Positions 1-9,252 are shown, counted from the stretch's first letter. The stretch: DNA of 64,000 bases from an uncultured bacterium (GCA_963777505.1 CAVZQN010000001.1:384001-448000), one strand, 5' to 3'. Notes: generated by a model not told the origin, from the sequence alone. Made by a program: numbers and translations.

Positions 1-1
1 C

Positions 2-811
2 GCCTGCAACAAAATCCGTGCTGAATTAGAAAAGCGAAAGGTTGAAACTGTCGTAGCATTTTCGTCTGGCAATCACGCTCAGGCTGTTTCATTGAATGCG
101 AAATTGATTGGCATTTCAGCAGTAATTGTGATGCCCGCAGATGCTCCAAAGGCAAAAGTTGAAGCCACTCGCGGATACGGCGCAGAAGTGATTCTATATG
201 ATCGCTACAAGGAGAGCCGCGAAGAAATTGGCCGTCGTATTGCGGAAGAACGCAAAGCATTGCTTGTCCCACCTTACGATGATCCACTTGTGATAGCAGG
301 TCAGGGTACAGCAGCACTTGAATTATTAACCGAAGTTCCAGATTTAGATTATTTATTAACGCCGATGAGTGGAGGCGGATTAATGGCAGGTTCCGCTATC
401 GCTGCAAAGCACTTGCGGCCAGAAATCCATTTAGTCGGTGTTGAACCTGAAGCAGGAAATGATACGTATTTGTCTTTCCAATCCGGACAGCGTGTCACGA
501 TTGATGTTCCAAAGACAATTGCAGATGGTCTTCAAACTCCAGCTCCTGGAGAAATAACGTTTCCAATCAACCACAAACTTGTCGATAAAATTTTGCTTGT
601 CAGCGATGATGAGCTGATCAAGACGATGCTTCTGATGCTGGAAAGAATGAAAGTATTGATTGAGCCCTCAGGAGCGGCAGGTGCTGCAGCCGTTTTACAT
701 AAGAAGGCTGACTTCTCCGGAAAGCGTGTGGGCGTAATCCTGAGCGGTGGGAATGTTGACCTCGCCAGTGTGAAAAATTATCTTATGAGCTCAAGCGAGA
801 ATCACGCTTAA
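2..811 (+). CDS. PLP-dependent threonine/serine dehydratase family protein, 5'-truncated by the window edge
   Basis: The frame is open from position 2 and reads ...VVAFSSGNHAQAV. It also contains PPYDDPLVIAGQGT, SGGGL, IADGL, EPSGA and ILSGGNVD, all fold-type II dehydratase motifs. Confidence 0.9.
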   Translation, partial: ACNKIRAELEKRKVETVVAFSSGNHAQAVSLNAKLIGISAVIVMPADAPKAKVEATRGYGAEVILYDRYKESREEIGRRIAEERKALLVPPYDDPLVIAGQGTAALELLTEVPDLDYLLTPMSGGGLMAGSAIAAKHLRPEIHLVGVEPEAGNDTYLSFQSGQRVTIDVPKTIADGLQTPAPGEITFPINHKLVDKILLVSDDELIKTMLLMLERMKVLIEPSGAAGAAAVLHKKADFSGKRVGVILSGGNVDLASVKNYLMSSSENHA

Positions 812-850
812 CACAGGAAAGGTCCCTTTGACATATAATTGAATTTCAAC

Positions 851-1486
851 ATGGAATCATCGGAAGAAACAGAAAAATACGAAGTCACGTGCTACACATG
901 CAAAGCACGATTTAATGCAATCGATTCAGTTTGGTGCAATTGTCTCATCGGAGAACGATCGCTCGTTTGTCCGAGTTGTTTAAACTGCTTCTGCAAGTCG
1001 AACACTTCATATAAGGAAAGATTCTGGGCAAGCGCGCCCCAAGAATTGTGGGATCGCAAACTCGAAGAACATCGTAGAGATTTTGATAAACCGAATCCGA
1101 ATCCTGAAGCCGTAACCCGCCCTCTCGTTCTTGTTGTCGATGACGAAAGAGAAATTCAGAAAGTAGCTATCAGAGACATAGAAGGTCTTGGTTATGGGGT
1201 GATTCTTGCGCATGATGGGATTGAAGGTTTTGAGCTTGCAAAAAAATACAAACCAGACCTCGTGCTTTCAGACGCCTTGATGCCAAAAATGGATGGCCGC
1301 GAAATGTGCCGGCGCATAAAAGCTGATCCTGAGACCTCCAAGATCAAGGTTGTGATCATGACTTCGCTATATACACAGTCAAAGTTCAAGACTGAAGCGT
1401 TCAGAGAATTTCGTGTTGATGATTACTTAGCAAAGCCGTTGGATTTCAATCAACTCCGTACTGTCCTGCAAAAACACCTCGGTTAA
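851..1486 (+). CDS. Response regulator receiver protein with an N-terminal 8-Cys domain
   Basis: C-terminal REC domain (VLVVDDE, LVLSDALMPKMDG, MTS, KP). N-terminal pattern C-x2-C-x11-C-x-C-x8-C-x2-C-x2-C-x-C. ATG at 851. Confidence 0.85.
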   Translation: MESSEETEKYEVTCYTCKARFNAIDSVWCNCLIGERSLVCPSCLNCFCKSNTSYKERFWASAPQELWDRKLEEHRRDFDKPNPNPEAVTRPLVLVVDDEREIQKVAIRDIEGLGYGVILAHDGIEGFELAKKYKPDLVLSDALMPKMDGREMCRRIKADPETSKIKVVIMTSLYTQSKFKTEAFREFRVDDYLAKPLDFNQLRTVLQKHLG

Positions 1487-1573
1487 TCTCAGCTTACTCT
1501 GCGGTTAAAAACCTCGCGCAAAGACGCCAAGCCGCAAAGAATTTCGTTTAACTAAATTCACCACTCCTTTAAT

Positions 1574-1627
1574 TGTAGCAGGCAAGGATGCCTGCGGCCC
1601 GTAATGCGGGCAGGATGCCCGCGCTCC
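1574..1627. repeat. REP-like palindrome pair
   Basis: gtag-caggc aaggat gcctgc followed by gcgggc aggat gcccgc-gctcc. The same composite recurs at 2261-2312. Confidence 0.7.
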
Positions 1628-1675
1628 GAAATTACTCGGCGTACTCGGCGTTAAAAAAACCCTATATTGGTTTGC

Positions 1676-2251
1676 ATGAGTTCTGGAAAACGTGAAATTC
1701 TATGGCAGCCCAAACAAGAATCTGGACTTGAACACCTTGTCCTATCGTGGAGTGACACGGGAGTCGAGGCCGATGGATTCGTTCTTGGAATTCACAAAGG
1801 ACAGCCATTCAGATGCCAGTATCGCATCGACCTGGATACCGCCTGGAAAGTTAGTTTAGTTTCAGTAAATGTGTGGAATCCAGATCTGCACGAGCTAATA
1901 CTGAAATCGGATGGAAAAGGCAATTGGTCCGATCCGAAAGGATTAAGTATTCCGGAACTCGACGGCTGTATCGATACAGACATCGCAGTTACGCCTTTCA
2001 CAAACACAATTCCCATCAGAAGACTTCAACTTCAAAAAGGTCAGTCAACTGAATTGCTCGTAGCCTACATTAACGTTCCTGAATTGAAATTAAGCGCAAC
2101 AAAACAGCGATATACGTGTCTGGAACAAACGCCAACAGAAGCTTTATACCGGTATGAGGGTCTCGCTACTGGCTTTCAAGCTGAGGTACGTGTGGATGAG
2201 ATGGGGTTGGTCATTGATTACGGAAAGATCTGGAAACGGGTTTATCCGTAA
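1676..2251 (+). CDS. Putative glycolipid-binding domain protein (DUF1089-like)
   Basis: Family-like motifs GLEHL, GCIDTDIAVTPFTNTIPIRRL, QRYTCL, YRYE and VDEMGLVIDY. Confidence 0.8.
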   Translation: MSSGKREILWQPKQESGLEHLVLSWSDTGVEADGFVLGIHKGQPFRCQYRIDLDTAWKVSLVSVNVWNPDLHELILKSDGKGNWSDPKGLSIPELDGCIDTDIAVTPFTNTIPIRRLQLQKGQSTELLVAYINVPELKLSATKQRYTCLEQTPTEALYRYEGLATGFQAEVRVDEMGLVIDYGKIWKRVYP

Positions 2252-2260
2252 GCTTTTATT

Positions 2261-2340
2261 TAGCAGGCTGGAAGCCTGCAGCCCTTAATGCGGACAAGGA
2301 TGTCCGCGCTCCGTATGCGGTCCCTTGATGTACGCGCTCC
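2261..2340. repeat. REP-like palindrome array (three units) between convergent genes
   Basis: Units are gcaggc tggaa gcctgc, gcggac aaggat gtccgc-gctcc, and a degenerate third unit ending gcgctcc. Confidence 0.7.
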
Positions 2341-2344
2341 GTAC

Positions 2345-3973
2345 TTAAGCGGCGATGATGCGTTTACGTCCCGCAGCTTTCGCTGCATACAATGCTTTAT
2401 CAGCCGCTTCAATCCACTGAGGAAGAGTCATGCGACGTTTGAGGACGGCGATTCCAGCGCTAAAAGTTACATGGAAGAGTTTATTGTCCGGCGCGTGGTG
2501 ATCAATCGCAGAAAATTCTTCTAATAATCGATTCATCAATCGGACTGCCTCATCCTTTTTCAAATCATCAATTAAGATTGCAAACTCTTCTCCTCCATAA
2601 CGTCCGATTGTATCCGTCTGACGCAGCCTGCGGCGCAAAAGAGAAGACAAAGAAACAAGAACTCGATCGCCAACGATGTGTCCATATGTATCATTGACGG
2701 TTTTAAAATTATCGAGGTCGATCAAAACTAACACGGAAGTCCGATTGAGCCTTCTGCTTTTTTGTCCGACAACTGCGCGCGCTCGTTCCAAAAACGCAGT
2801 ATGAGTTAAAAGTTTCGTCAGTCCGTCGCGATCGAGAAGACTTTTTAGAAATCGGGATCGCTCAATTCTTGCGGCAACAGTCGAAAGTAAAAGTCCGGGA
2901 GCAACAGGCTTTACAAGGTGATCATCTCCACCTGCACGCACAGTTTCGATTCGATCCTGCATTTGTCCTTGCATGCTGAGAAACAAAACAGGCAATGTTG
3001 TGTATTGCTCGTGCTGCCGGAGATATCTTGCCAGATCGATCCCTGTAATATCAGGAAGAACAATATCCATAATTACAAGATCCGGACGGAACGAAATTAG
3101 ATGCGCTTCAAACAACCGTGGATCGTTGCAAATTCGAACTTCGTATCCGGCAGATTGAAGCACTGCACGCAAGAATGCAGCCTGATCATGATCATCTTCT
3201 ACAGAAAGAATTCTTGGCGGGTCGGAACGTTCACGCATCAAAAGATAGCGTAATCTTTGAATCAGCACTTCCCATTCAACAGGCTTTTCAAAAAATCCAT
3301 CTGAGCCGCAACTGATCGATTCTACTTTGTCATGAAATCCGGAGAGTGTGCTGATGACAAGAATTGAAGGCTCATCACCATCCGGAAGATTGCGGACATA
3401 TTTAACAAACTCATAGCCCGATCCATCTCCTAAAATGACATCAATGATCATGCCATCAGGCATAGCATCAGCGACAGCTTTTTCTGCATCCGTTTTACTA
3501 TGCGCAACACGGACAACCATTCCCTCTTCTTGCAACAGAATGGAAAGTGATCGGCAAATATCACGATCATCATCGACAATCAAAATATTAAAAGGATGCA
3601 GAATTCTTTTATGAGGTTCGTCCCTTTTGCCTAAAGCGCTGTCATCAATACTTCCCTTTTCAAATTCTTTACGCAGATCTTCGGAAAATCCACGCCACCG
3701 ATTTAAGTGATCCAGTGTTGGGGAAAGTTTTTCGCGCAGCAGGCCATCACATTCTTGTTCGCCCCAGAGACCAATTTCAGTAACTTGAGCGAAACCATAT
3801 GTTCTGCCTGAGCCGCCAAGACCATGAAAAAAGCGTCTCAGTTCTTTCAGCGCGACTTCATCGGCAGGTTGGATTTCTAATACATCAAGAGTTCGATTAA
3901 TACTAGCCAGTCGATCTGAAGAACCACGAATGTATTGTTCACGAAGCTCTTTAAGCGTTTCATCCCAGGACAT
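2345..3973 (-). CDS. Diguanylate cyclase with Hpt-REC-REC-GGDEF architecture
   Basis: Hpt motif FHGLGGSGRTYG, two receiver domains with phospho-Asp (IIDVIL, IMDIVL), DGLTKL, IDLDNFKTVNDTYGHIVGD, I-site RQTD and active site GGEEF. Confidence 0.93.
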   Translation of the reverse strand: MSWDETLKELREQYIRGSSDRLASINRTLDVLEIQPADEVALKELRRFFHGLGGSGRTYGFAQVTEIGLWGEQECDGLLREKLSPTLDHLNRWRGFSEDLRKEFEKGSIDDSALGKRDEPHKRILHPFNILIVDDDRDICRSLSILLQEEGMVVRVAHSKTDAEKAVADAMPDGMIIDVILGDGSGYEFVKYVRNLPDGDEPSILVISTLSGFHDKVESISCGSDGFFEKPVEWEVLIQRLRYLLMRERSDPPRILSVEDDHDQAAFLRAVLQSAGYEVRICNDPRLFEAHLISFRPDLVIMDIVLPDITGIDLARYLRQHEQYTTLPVLFLSMQGQMQDRIETVRAGGDDHLVKPVAPGLLLSTVAARIERSRFLKSLLDRDGLTKLLTHTAFLERARAVVGQKSRRLNRTSVLVLIDLDNFKTVNDTYGHIVGDRVLVSLSSLLRRRLRQTDTIGRYGGEEFAILIDDLKKDEAVRLMNRLLEEFSAIDHHAPDNKLFHVTFSAGIAVLKRRMTLPQWIEAADKALYAAKAAGRKRIIAA

Positions 3974-3976
3974 TGA

Positions 3977-4345
3977 TCATCTGCCTTTGAGAACCGCTTC
4001 CACCTCATCAGCAAGCGTGATCGGATCAAATGGCTTATTCAAAACACCGGCTGCACCAAAACTCTTGAGTTTATTTAATTCGGATGGGCTTGATTGTGCA
4101 GTCAAAAAAATCACCGGGATTGTGGATGTTCCCGGGTTCTTACGCAATTCTACAAGTGTTGCAGGGCCATCTAAACCAGGCATCAATACATCCATCAAAA
4201 TTGCATCTGGCTTTTCTTCAGCCGCGATCCGTACGCCCTCAGTTCCATTTTCAGCCTCAATCACTTTCATGCTTCCAACCTGACTTAAGGCAAAACGTGC
4301 GATTTGACGAATATCTTCCTCGTCATCAACAATCAAAATCTTCAT
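3977..4345 (-). CDS. Single-domain response regulator
   Basis: KILIVDDE, ILMDVLMPGLDG, FLTA and KPF motifs. Ends 3 bp before the start of the cyclase gene. Confidence 0.93.
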   Translation of the reverse strand: MKILIVDDEEDIRQIARFALSQVGSMKVIEAENGTEGVRIAAEEKPDAILMDVLMPGLDGPATLVELRKNPGTSTIPVIFLTAQSSPSELNKLKSFGAAGVLNKPFDPITLADEVEAVLKGR

Positions 4346-4391
4346 CTTCTAACCTACTTCCCTGAAAGGCACAAAGTATTATAACGAAAAA

Positions 4392-5150
4392 TCATAAGTT
4401 TTCTCTGACCTTGATGCCTCTTTTTTTCAATTCACGCCTCACTGCGGATTTCACATCTTCTCTTAAATAAGGAGCATTGTTCATCTTTAATAAGTCAGGT
4501 GGAGAAAGAGTGGGAATCATATCCATCACCATTGCGGCAGGTGTTCTTGGATTCATAAGAACGGCCGCACGGATCGGCTCATGATTCATCCATGCTCGAT
4601 TTCCCGCGATCATTAAAAGATTTTGCATTGGAACACCTGCGTTGCGAACCATAAACGCAATTTCCTGCTCAGTAATTCGGACATTTCGAAGCAGGAATTC
4701 ATTCACCTTGGAATTATTTTCCTGCATTAGAATTCGGCGTTCCATTAGATCCGCTTTCATTGCAAGTGTCACCCGTTCAGAAACTGTTAACGCGCGGATC
4801 TTTTCGAATTGAGATTTAGCAACCTCGGGTTGCGAACCTATATCCATTTCGGCGGACTCTTCTTGAACTGGTTGCAACGTTACGCCTTTTTCAGCAGTTT
4901 TTTCAGGTGGTTTCAGAGTAAGAAAAACAGTACTTTTTTCACCTTTTGGAACGACCTTAACAGGCTTAATTTTCCTTGTACGCGGACTTCCTAAAACTCG
5001 CGCGCGGAAAACAGCGCCATACTGAACTGAGGAATCCGGAATGTCGAAGCTGCCTTTGCGGTCTGCTTCATCGAAAAATGATTCAAATTCGTCGAGGCTT
5101 TCAAACTCGAGAATAACTTCCTTAACCGACTCCCCCGGAAGCACATGCAT
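4392..5150 (-). CDS. Hypothetical protein with a C-terminal helical-repeat domain and a possible degenerate PilZ-like N-terminus
   Basis: Long ORF with C-terminal KIRALTVSERVTLAMKAD...LLRNVRITEQEI...VLMNPRTP. ATG at 5150 was chosen because it avoids overlap with thiC. Confidence 0.7.
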   Translation of the reverse strand: MHVLPGESVKEVILEFESLDEFESFFDEADRKGSFDIPDSSVQYGAVFRARVLGSPRTRKIKPVKVVPKGEKSTVFLTLKPPEKTAEKGVTLQPVQEESAEMDIGSQPEVAKSQFEKIRALTVSERVTLAMKADLMERRILMQENNSKVNEFLLRNVRITEQEIAFMVRNAGVPMQNLLMIAGNRAWMNHEPIRAAVLMNPRTPAAMVMDMIPTLSPPDLLKMNNAPYLREDVKSAVRRELKKRGIKVRENL

Positions 5151-5214
5151 GGATATATGATACCCGATCTTGAAAGGCGTTTCACGTTGTGAAACGCCGT
5201 TCCATCTCGTGAAA

Positions 5215-6525
5215 CTAGCTTGTAATGCTGCCGATTTGCAGCATTTCGTTTCTGCTCGTTTGACGGATGGTTGCATTATCGATATTCACGGCGCAAAGAG
5301 TTCCGCACATTGTACAAACTGCGGAATCATAATCCTCGCTTTCCTTGCGCATTTGACGTGCTTTTTCGCCGTACAAACCAAGGCGATACATTCCTTCCCA
5401 ATCGAGTAATTTTCTTGCGCGAGACATTTCAAAATTTCGCTCACGCGCGCCTTTTACACCTTTAGTCACATCACCGCAGGCAGCTCCAATTTTGAATGCG
5501 ATAATTCCATCGCGCACATCATCAACAGTTGGTAAACGCAAATGTTCAGCCGGTGTGACATAGCAAAGCATATCTGCACCTGCAGACGCTGCGACCGCGC
5601 CGCCGATTGCACCAACAATGTGATCGTAGCCTGCACCAATATCAATTGGCAATGGTCCCAGCACATAAAATGGAGCATTGTTACAGAGCCGCTTTTCAAT
5701 TTGCATGTTGTATGCAATTTGATCCAGCGGCACATGTCCCGGACCTTCAATCATGGCTTGCACACCAGCTTCATGTGCGCGTCTTTGCAATTGACCGATG
5801 ATGATCAACTCCTGCAATTGGGGCCGGTCTGTTGCATCTTCAATTGCGCCAGGACGTAAACCATCTCCAAGGCTGAGTGTCATATCGTACTTTTTGCAAA
5901 TCCCTAACAATCGATCAAATTGCTCGTAAAGTGGATTTTCAGCATTGTTGTAACGGATCCAATGCGCATGAATCGATCCGCCGCGGCTAACAATTCCTTC
6001 AACCCGCGGAGAGTCTTCCAGACGCGATACAGATTCTCGCGTTACACCACAATGAACCGTGACGTAGTCGACTCCCTGCTCACCCTGCTTTTCAATTTCA
6101 TTAAACAATTCATCAGGAGTCCACTTAATAATGCTGTTGCCACGTGCAACGGCATAAATCGGAACGGTGCCGAGCATCAACGGCGAATTTTGAACCATCT
6201 TAACTCTCATCTGATCAAGATTGTCGCCTGTACTCAAATCCATAACTGCATCGGCAAGATATTCCACGCAAACCTCAAGCTTATGCAGCTCTTCATCTTC
6301 ATTCTGATGATCCGATGAATGTCCGATATTTGCGTTCACCTTAGTTGATAACCCTTTGCCAATACCACGAGGACGAAAGTTGTGATGAATGTTTTTAGGG
6401 ATGACAATTTCGCCGAGCGCAACGCCCTGACGTATGATTTCAGGATCTAAATGTTCATCTTCGGCAACCATCTTCATTTCTTCGGTAATGGTGCCTTCTT
6501 TTGCAAAAATTAATTGAGTCGACAT
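5215..6525 (-). CDS. thiC: Phosphomethylpyrimidine synthase ThiC (short type)
   Basis: KVNANIG, VMDLSTG, GTVPIY, VSRGGS, SLGDGLRPG, EGPGHVP, GYDHI, CYVTPAEHL and C-terminal CTMCGTLC. Confidence 0.92.
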   Translation of the reverse strand: MSTQLIFAKEGTITEEMKMVAEDEHLDPEIIRQGVALGEIVIPKNIHHNFRPRGIGKGLSTKVNANIGHSSDHQNEDEELHKLEVCVEYLADAVMDLSTGDNLDQMRVKMVQNSPLMLGTVPIYAVARGNSIIKWTPDELFNEIEKQGEQGVDYVTVHCGVTRESVSRLEDSPRVEGIVSRGGSIHAHWIRYNNAENPLYEQFDRLLGICKKYDMTLSLGDGLRPGAIEDATDRPQLQELIIIGQLQRRAHEAGVQAMIEGPGHVPLDQIAYNMQIEKRLCNNAPFYVLGPLPIDIGAGYDHIVGAIGGAVAASAGADMLCYVTPAEHLRLPTVDDVRDGIIAFKIGAACGDVTKGVKGARERNFEMSRARKLLDWEGMYRLGLYGEKARQMRKESEDYDSAVCTMCGTLCAVNIDNATIRQTSRNEMLQIGSITS

Positions 6526-6643
6526 GGAACCACCTCACATCAGAATTCAGAACCTGAATTAATCTTAACCAGAAAACCGCAAAGAAACAAAGATTGGTTG
6601 AAAACCCAGCAGACTTATCCACATGTTATAATCCGACAATTAG

Positions 6644-8230
6644 ATGAAATTACGGCTTACGATCGAAAGCGGCTCTCTTGCCGGTCAGGAATTCGAATTG
6701 GAGCAAGGATCGATTGTCCTCGGCCGTGGTACAGATTCACACATCAAATTTGATTTCAAGCACGATCCAGGTGTCTCTACCCGCCATGCTGTTATTCAAT
6801 CAGAAGATCATAGCTTCCGGCTGATTGATGAAGGCAGCACCAATGGAACTTTAGTGAATGGTGCGATTACACAGAATAGTGTTCTACAGAATGGAGATAC
6901 GATTCGTCTGGGAGCGCAAGGCCCTCAAATGCGCATATCGATTGAGGAAATAATCAAGCCAGCGGAGCGGACTCAAGAGTTTCCTGTAATAACACACTTT
7001 GATTCTACGACTCCGGAACCTCCACCACCTCCGCACCAGCCTCCACCCCTTCCGCCCTATACTCCTCCTGCTGCCTCTGAAAATTACACACCGCACAATG
7101 CAGCGTCTTCATTTTCGCCGCAGCAGATCATGCAAACCCGCGAGGGACGCAGATCATTAATCGGCTGCGGGATCTCTGTTGTAATCGGAGGATTCTTAAT
7201 GCTGGTTGTCATGGCATTAATGATTAGCCAGCTGGGATTCTTTGCAGCATTTGTAGGCACGATTGTAGCTTTTGCGCCGGTACCGTTTTACTTGTTTGCA
7301 GTATTTTGGATCGACCGCTTCGACCCCGAACCAGGATGGGCGATTGTTGCATCGTTCGCATGGGGCGGTCTTGTCGCAATTCTTGTTTCATTCGTGATGA
7401 ATACATTGTTCGGCACAACCATGGGAGAAATCGCAGGAGCCCAGCAAGGGAGTACTCTATCTGCGATTATTTCGGCACCGATCTTCGAAGAAGGAAGCAA
7501 AGGGATTTTTCTTCTTGTTTTAATGCTTTTCTTACGCAAAGAATTCGATGGAATTGTGGATGGCATTTTTTACGCTTGCGTAATCGCGTTAGGTTTTGCG
7601 ACGTTTGAAAATATTCTTTATTATGGCGGACAATTCCTGAAAGGTGGGATCGGCGCATTGATCAGCAACGTCTTCGTGCGAGGTATCCTTTCGCCGTTTG
7701 CTCATGCGTTATTTACATCCATGATTGGTCTTGGCTGCGGGCTTGCGCGAGAATCACACAACAAAATGCTTCGATTGTTGGGGCCACCGGCCGGATATGT
7801 GTTTGCAATGATTCTTCATGGATTCTGGAACGCAATCGCATCGGCAACCGGAGGCATCGGTTATTACATTGCTTATATCTTTGTATGGGTACCTTTGTTT
7901 CTGATTTTTGTAGGCGGCGTCATTGCAGTCGTACGGCGCGAACAAAAAATTATTAAGCGCACACTGCTGCCGCAAATAGATCAAAACGTGATAACGAAAG
8001 AACAATACGACATCGTTACATCCTTGAAAAATCGAACGGCCTGGGTTCTATCCAGTTTCAGTGATATGACTAAGCTGAATAGGCGACGCAGATTTCTGCG
8101 ATACACAACGAAGCTTGGTTTAGGATACTGGCACATGGAACAAGCAGCCAAAGAAAATAGCAGCACGATCAGCACTCAGATGCTGGCGGAGTACAGGAAT
8201 GAAGTGCAGCGATTGCAACCGCTAGTGTAA
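6644..8230 (+). CDS. FHA domain-Pro-rich linker-PrsW family intramembrane metalloprotease fusion
   Basis: FHA motifs LGRG, VSTRHA and GSTNGT; a poly-Pro linker; PrsW motifs FEEGSKG, GFATFEN, AHALFT and LHGFWN; multiple hydrophobic segments. Confidence 0.88.
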   Translation: MKLRLTIESGSLAGQEFELEQGSIVLGRGTDSHIKFDFKHDPGVSTRHAVIQSEDHSFRLIDEGSTNGTLVNGAITQNSVLQNGDTIRLGAQGPQMRISIEEIIKPAERTQEFPVITHFDSTTPEPPPPPHQPPPLPPYTPPAASENYTPHNAASSFSPQQIMQTREGRRSLIGCGISVVIGGFLMLVVMALMISQLGFFAAFVGTIVAFAPVPFYLFAVFWIDRFDPEPGWAIVASFAWGGLVAILVSFVMNTLFGTTMGEIAGAQQGSTLSAIISAPIFEEGSKGIFLLVLMLFLRKEFDGIVDGIFYACVIALGFATFENILYYGGQFLKGGIGALISNVFVRGILSPFAHALFTSMIGLGCGLARESHNKMLRLLGPPAGYVFAMILHGFWNAIASATGGIGYYIAYIFVWVPLFLIFVGGVIAVVRREQKIIKRTLLPQIDQNVITKEQYDIVTSLKNRTAWVLSSFSDMTKLNRRRRFLRYTTKLGLGYWHMEQAAKENSSTISTQMLAEYRNEVQRLQPLV

Positions 8231-8258
8231 TGTCAGTTTAACCACAAAGACGCTGAGA

Positions 8259-9236
8259 TTAACCGCCGATGGAGTACATAGCGCGAGGAGGTTGTACGAA
8301 ATCAGGATCGTTGATTTTGTGTCCGGCCCATTTATCCATAACGGCTGCCTGAATTAACTTTGTCAGCACGTCGGAACCGGCACCCTCACGTAATGGTTCA
8401 CGCAAATCGACTTCACTGATCGCAAACAAACATGTCCTGAATTTTCCGTCTGCTGTGATTCTAATCCTGCTGCAACTTGCGCAGAATGGCTGCGTAACGG
8501 ACGGGATTACACCGAAATGATCATCGGCATCAGGCGCGATAAACTTAGCAGAAGGACCATCATCTTCTGTTTGCTTATAGTCCGCAAAACCTGATGCATT
8601 CACTTTTTGTAAGATTTCTTCTTGTGTCAAAACTCTTTCACGGCTCCAATGATGATCGCCATCCAACGGCATGAACTCAATGAAGCGTATTTGTAAATTT
8701 TTTTCTTTTCCCCAACGTAAGAAATCGACAATCTCATCATCATTGAATCCACGAATCGCAACACAGTTGATCTTAATCGGATCAAAACCTGCTGTCCGTG
8801 CCGCATCAATTCCAGACAGAACGCGATGGAAGGAGTCAGATCCCGTAATTTCGCGAAACTTGGTCGCATTCAGTGAATCGAGACTGATGTTGATTCTGCG
8901 AATACCGGCATCATATAAATCCTTGGCCTGTGTCGAAAGATAATATCCATTGGTTGTAAGACTCAAATCCTTGAGTCCTTCGATTTTAGAAAGTCTGGAA
9001 GCAAGTAAGGGCAAATTACGACGAACCAGCGGCTCACCGCCAGTTAAACGGATACTATCTACACCCAGGCTGACAAACAAACGCGCCAGGAATTCAATTT
9101 CTTCGAAGTTTAATATTTGTGGTTTAGGCAGCCATTCAACATGGGTGGGCATACAGTAGACGCATTTGTAGTTGCAACGATCCGTCACACTGATCCGAAG
9201 ATCTTTAGCTTGTCTACCGAACTTATCAATCAACAT
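8259..9236 (-). CDS. moaA: GTP 3',8-cyclase MoaA
   Basis: LRISVTDRCNYKCVYCM radical SAM motif, LTGGEPL, C-terminal FCASCSRIR...TCLF and terminal IGG. Confidence 0.97.
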   Translation of the reverse strand: MLIDKFGRQAKDLRISVTDRCNYKCVYCMPTHVEWLPKPQILNFEEIEFLARLFVSLGVDSIRLTGGEPLVRRNLPLLASRLSKIEGLKDLSLTTNGYYLSTQAKDLYDAGIRRINISLDSLNATKFREITGSDSFHRVLSGIDAARTAGFDPIKINCVAIRGFNDDEIVDFLRWGKEKNLQIRFIEFMPLDGDHHWSRERVLTQEEILQKVNASGFADYKQTEDDGPSAKFIAPDADDHFGVIPSVTQPFCASCSRIRITADGKFRTCLFAISEVDLREPLREGAGSDVLTKLIQAAVMDKWAGHKINDPDFVQPPRAMYSIGG

Positions 9237-9252
9237 CTTTGAGTCTCTGCAG

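Noticed and set aside
1490-2340. Palindromes as integron attC sites
   Set aside because: I did not see paired RYYYAAC/GTTRRRY core sites bounding them, and there is no integrase. They fit REP-like elements better.
6615-6623. Perfect DnaA box TTATCCACA in the thiC/prsW intergenic region
   Set aside because: It is a single box with no cluster, no AT-rich unwinding element and no dnaA/dnaN context. Another copy lies inside a CDS near 43223, so chance is plausible.
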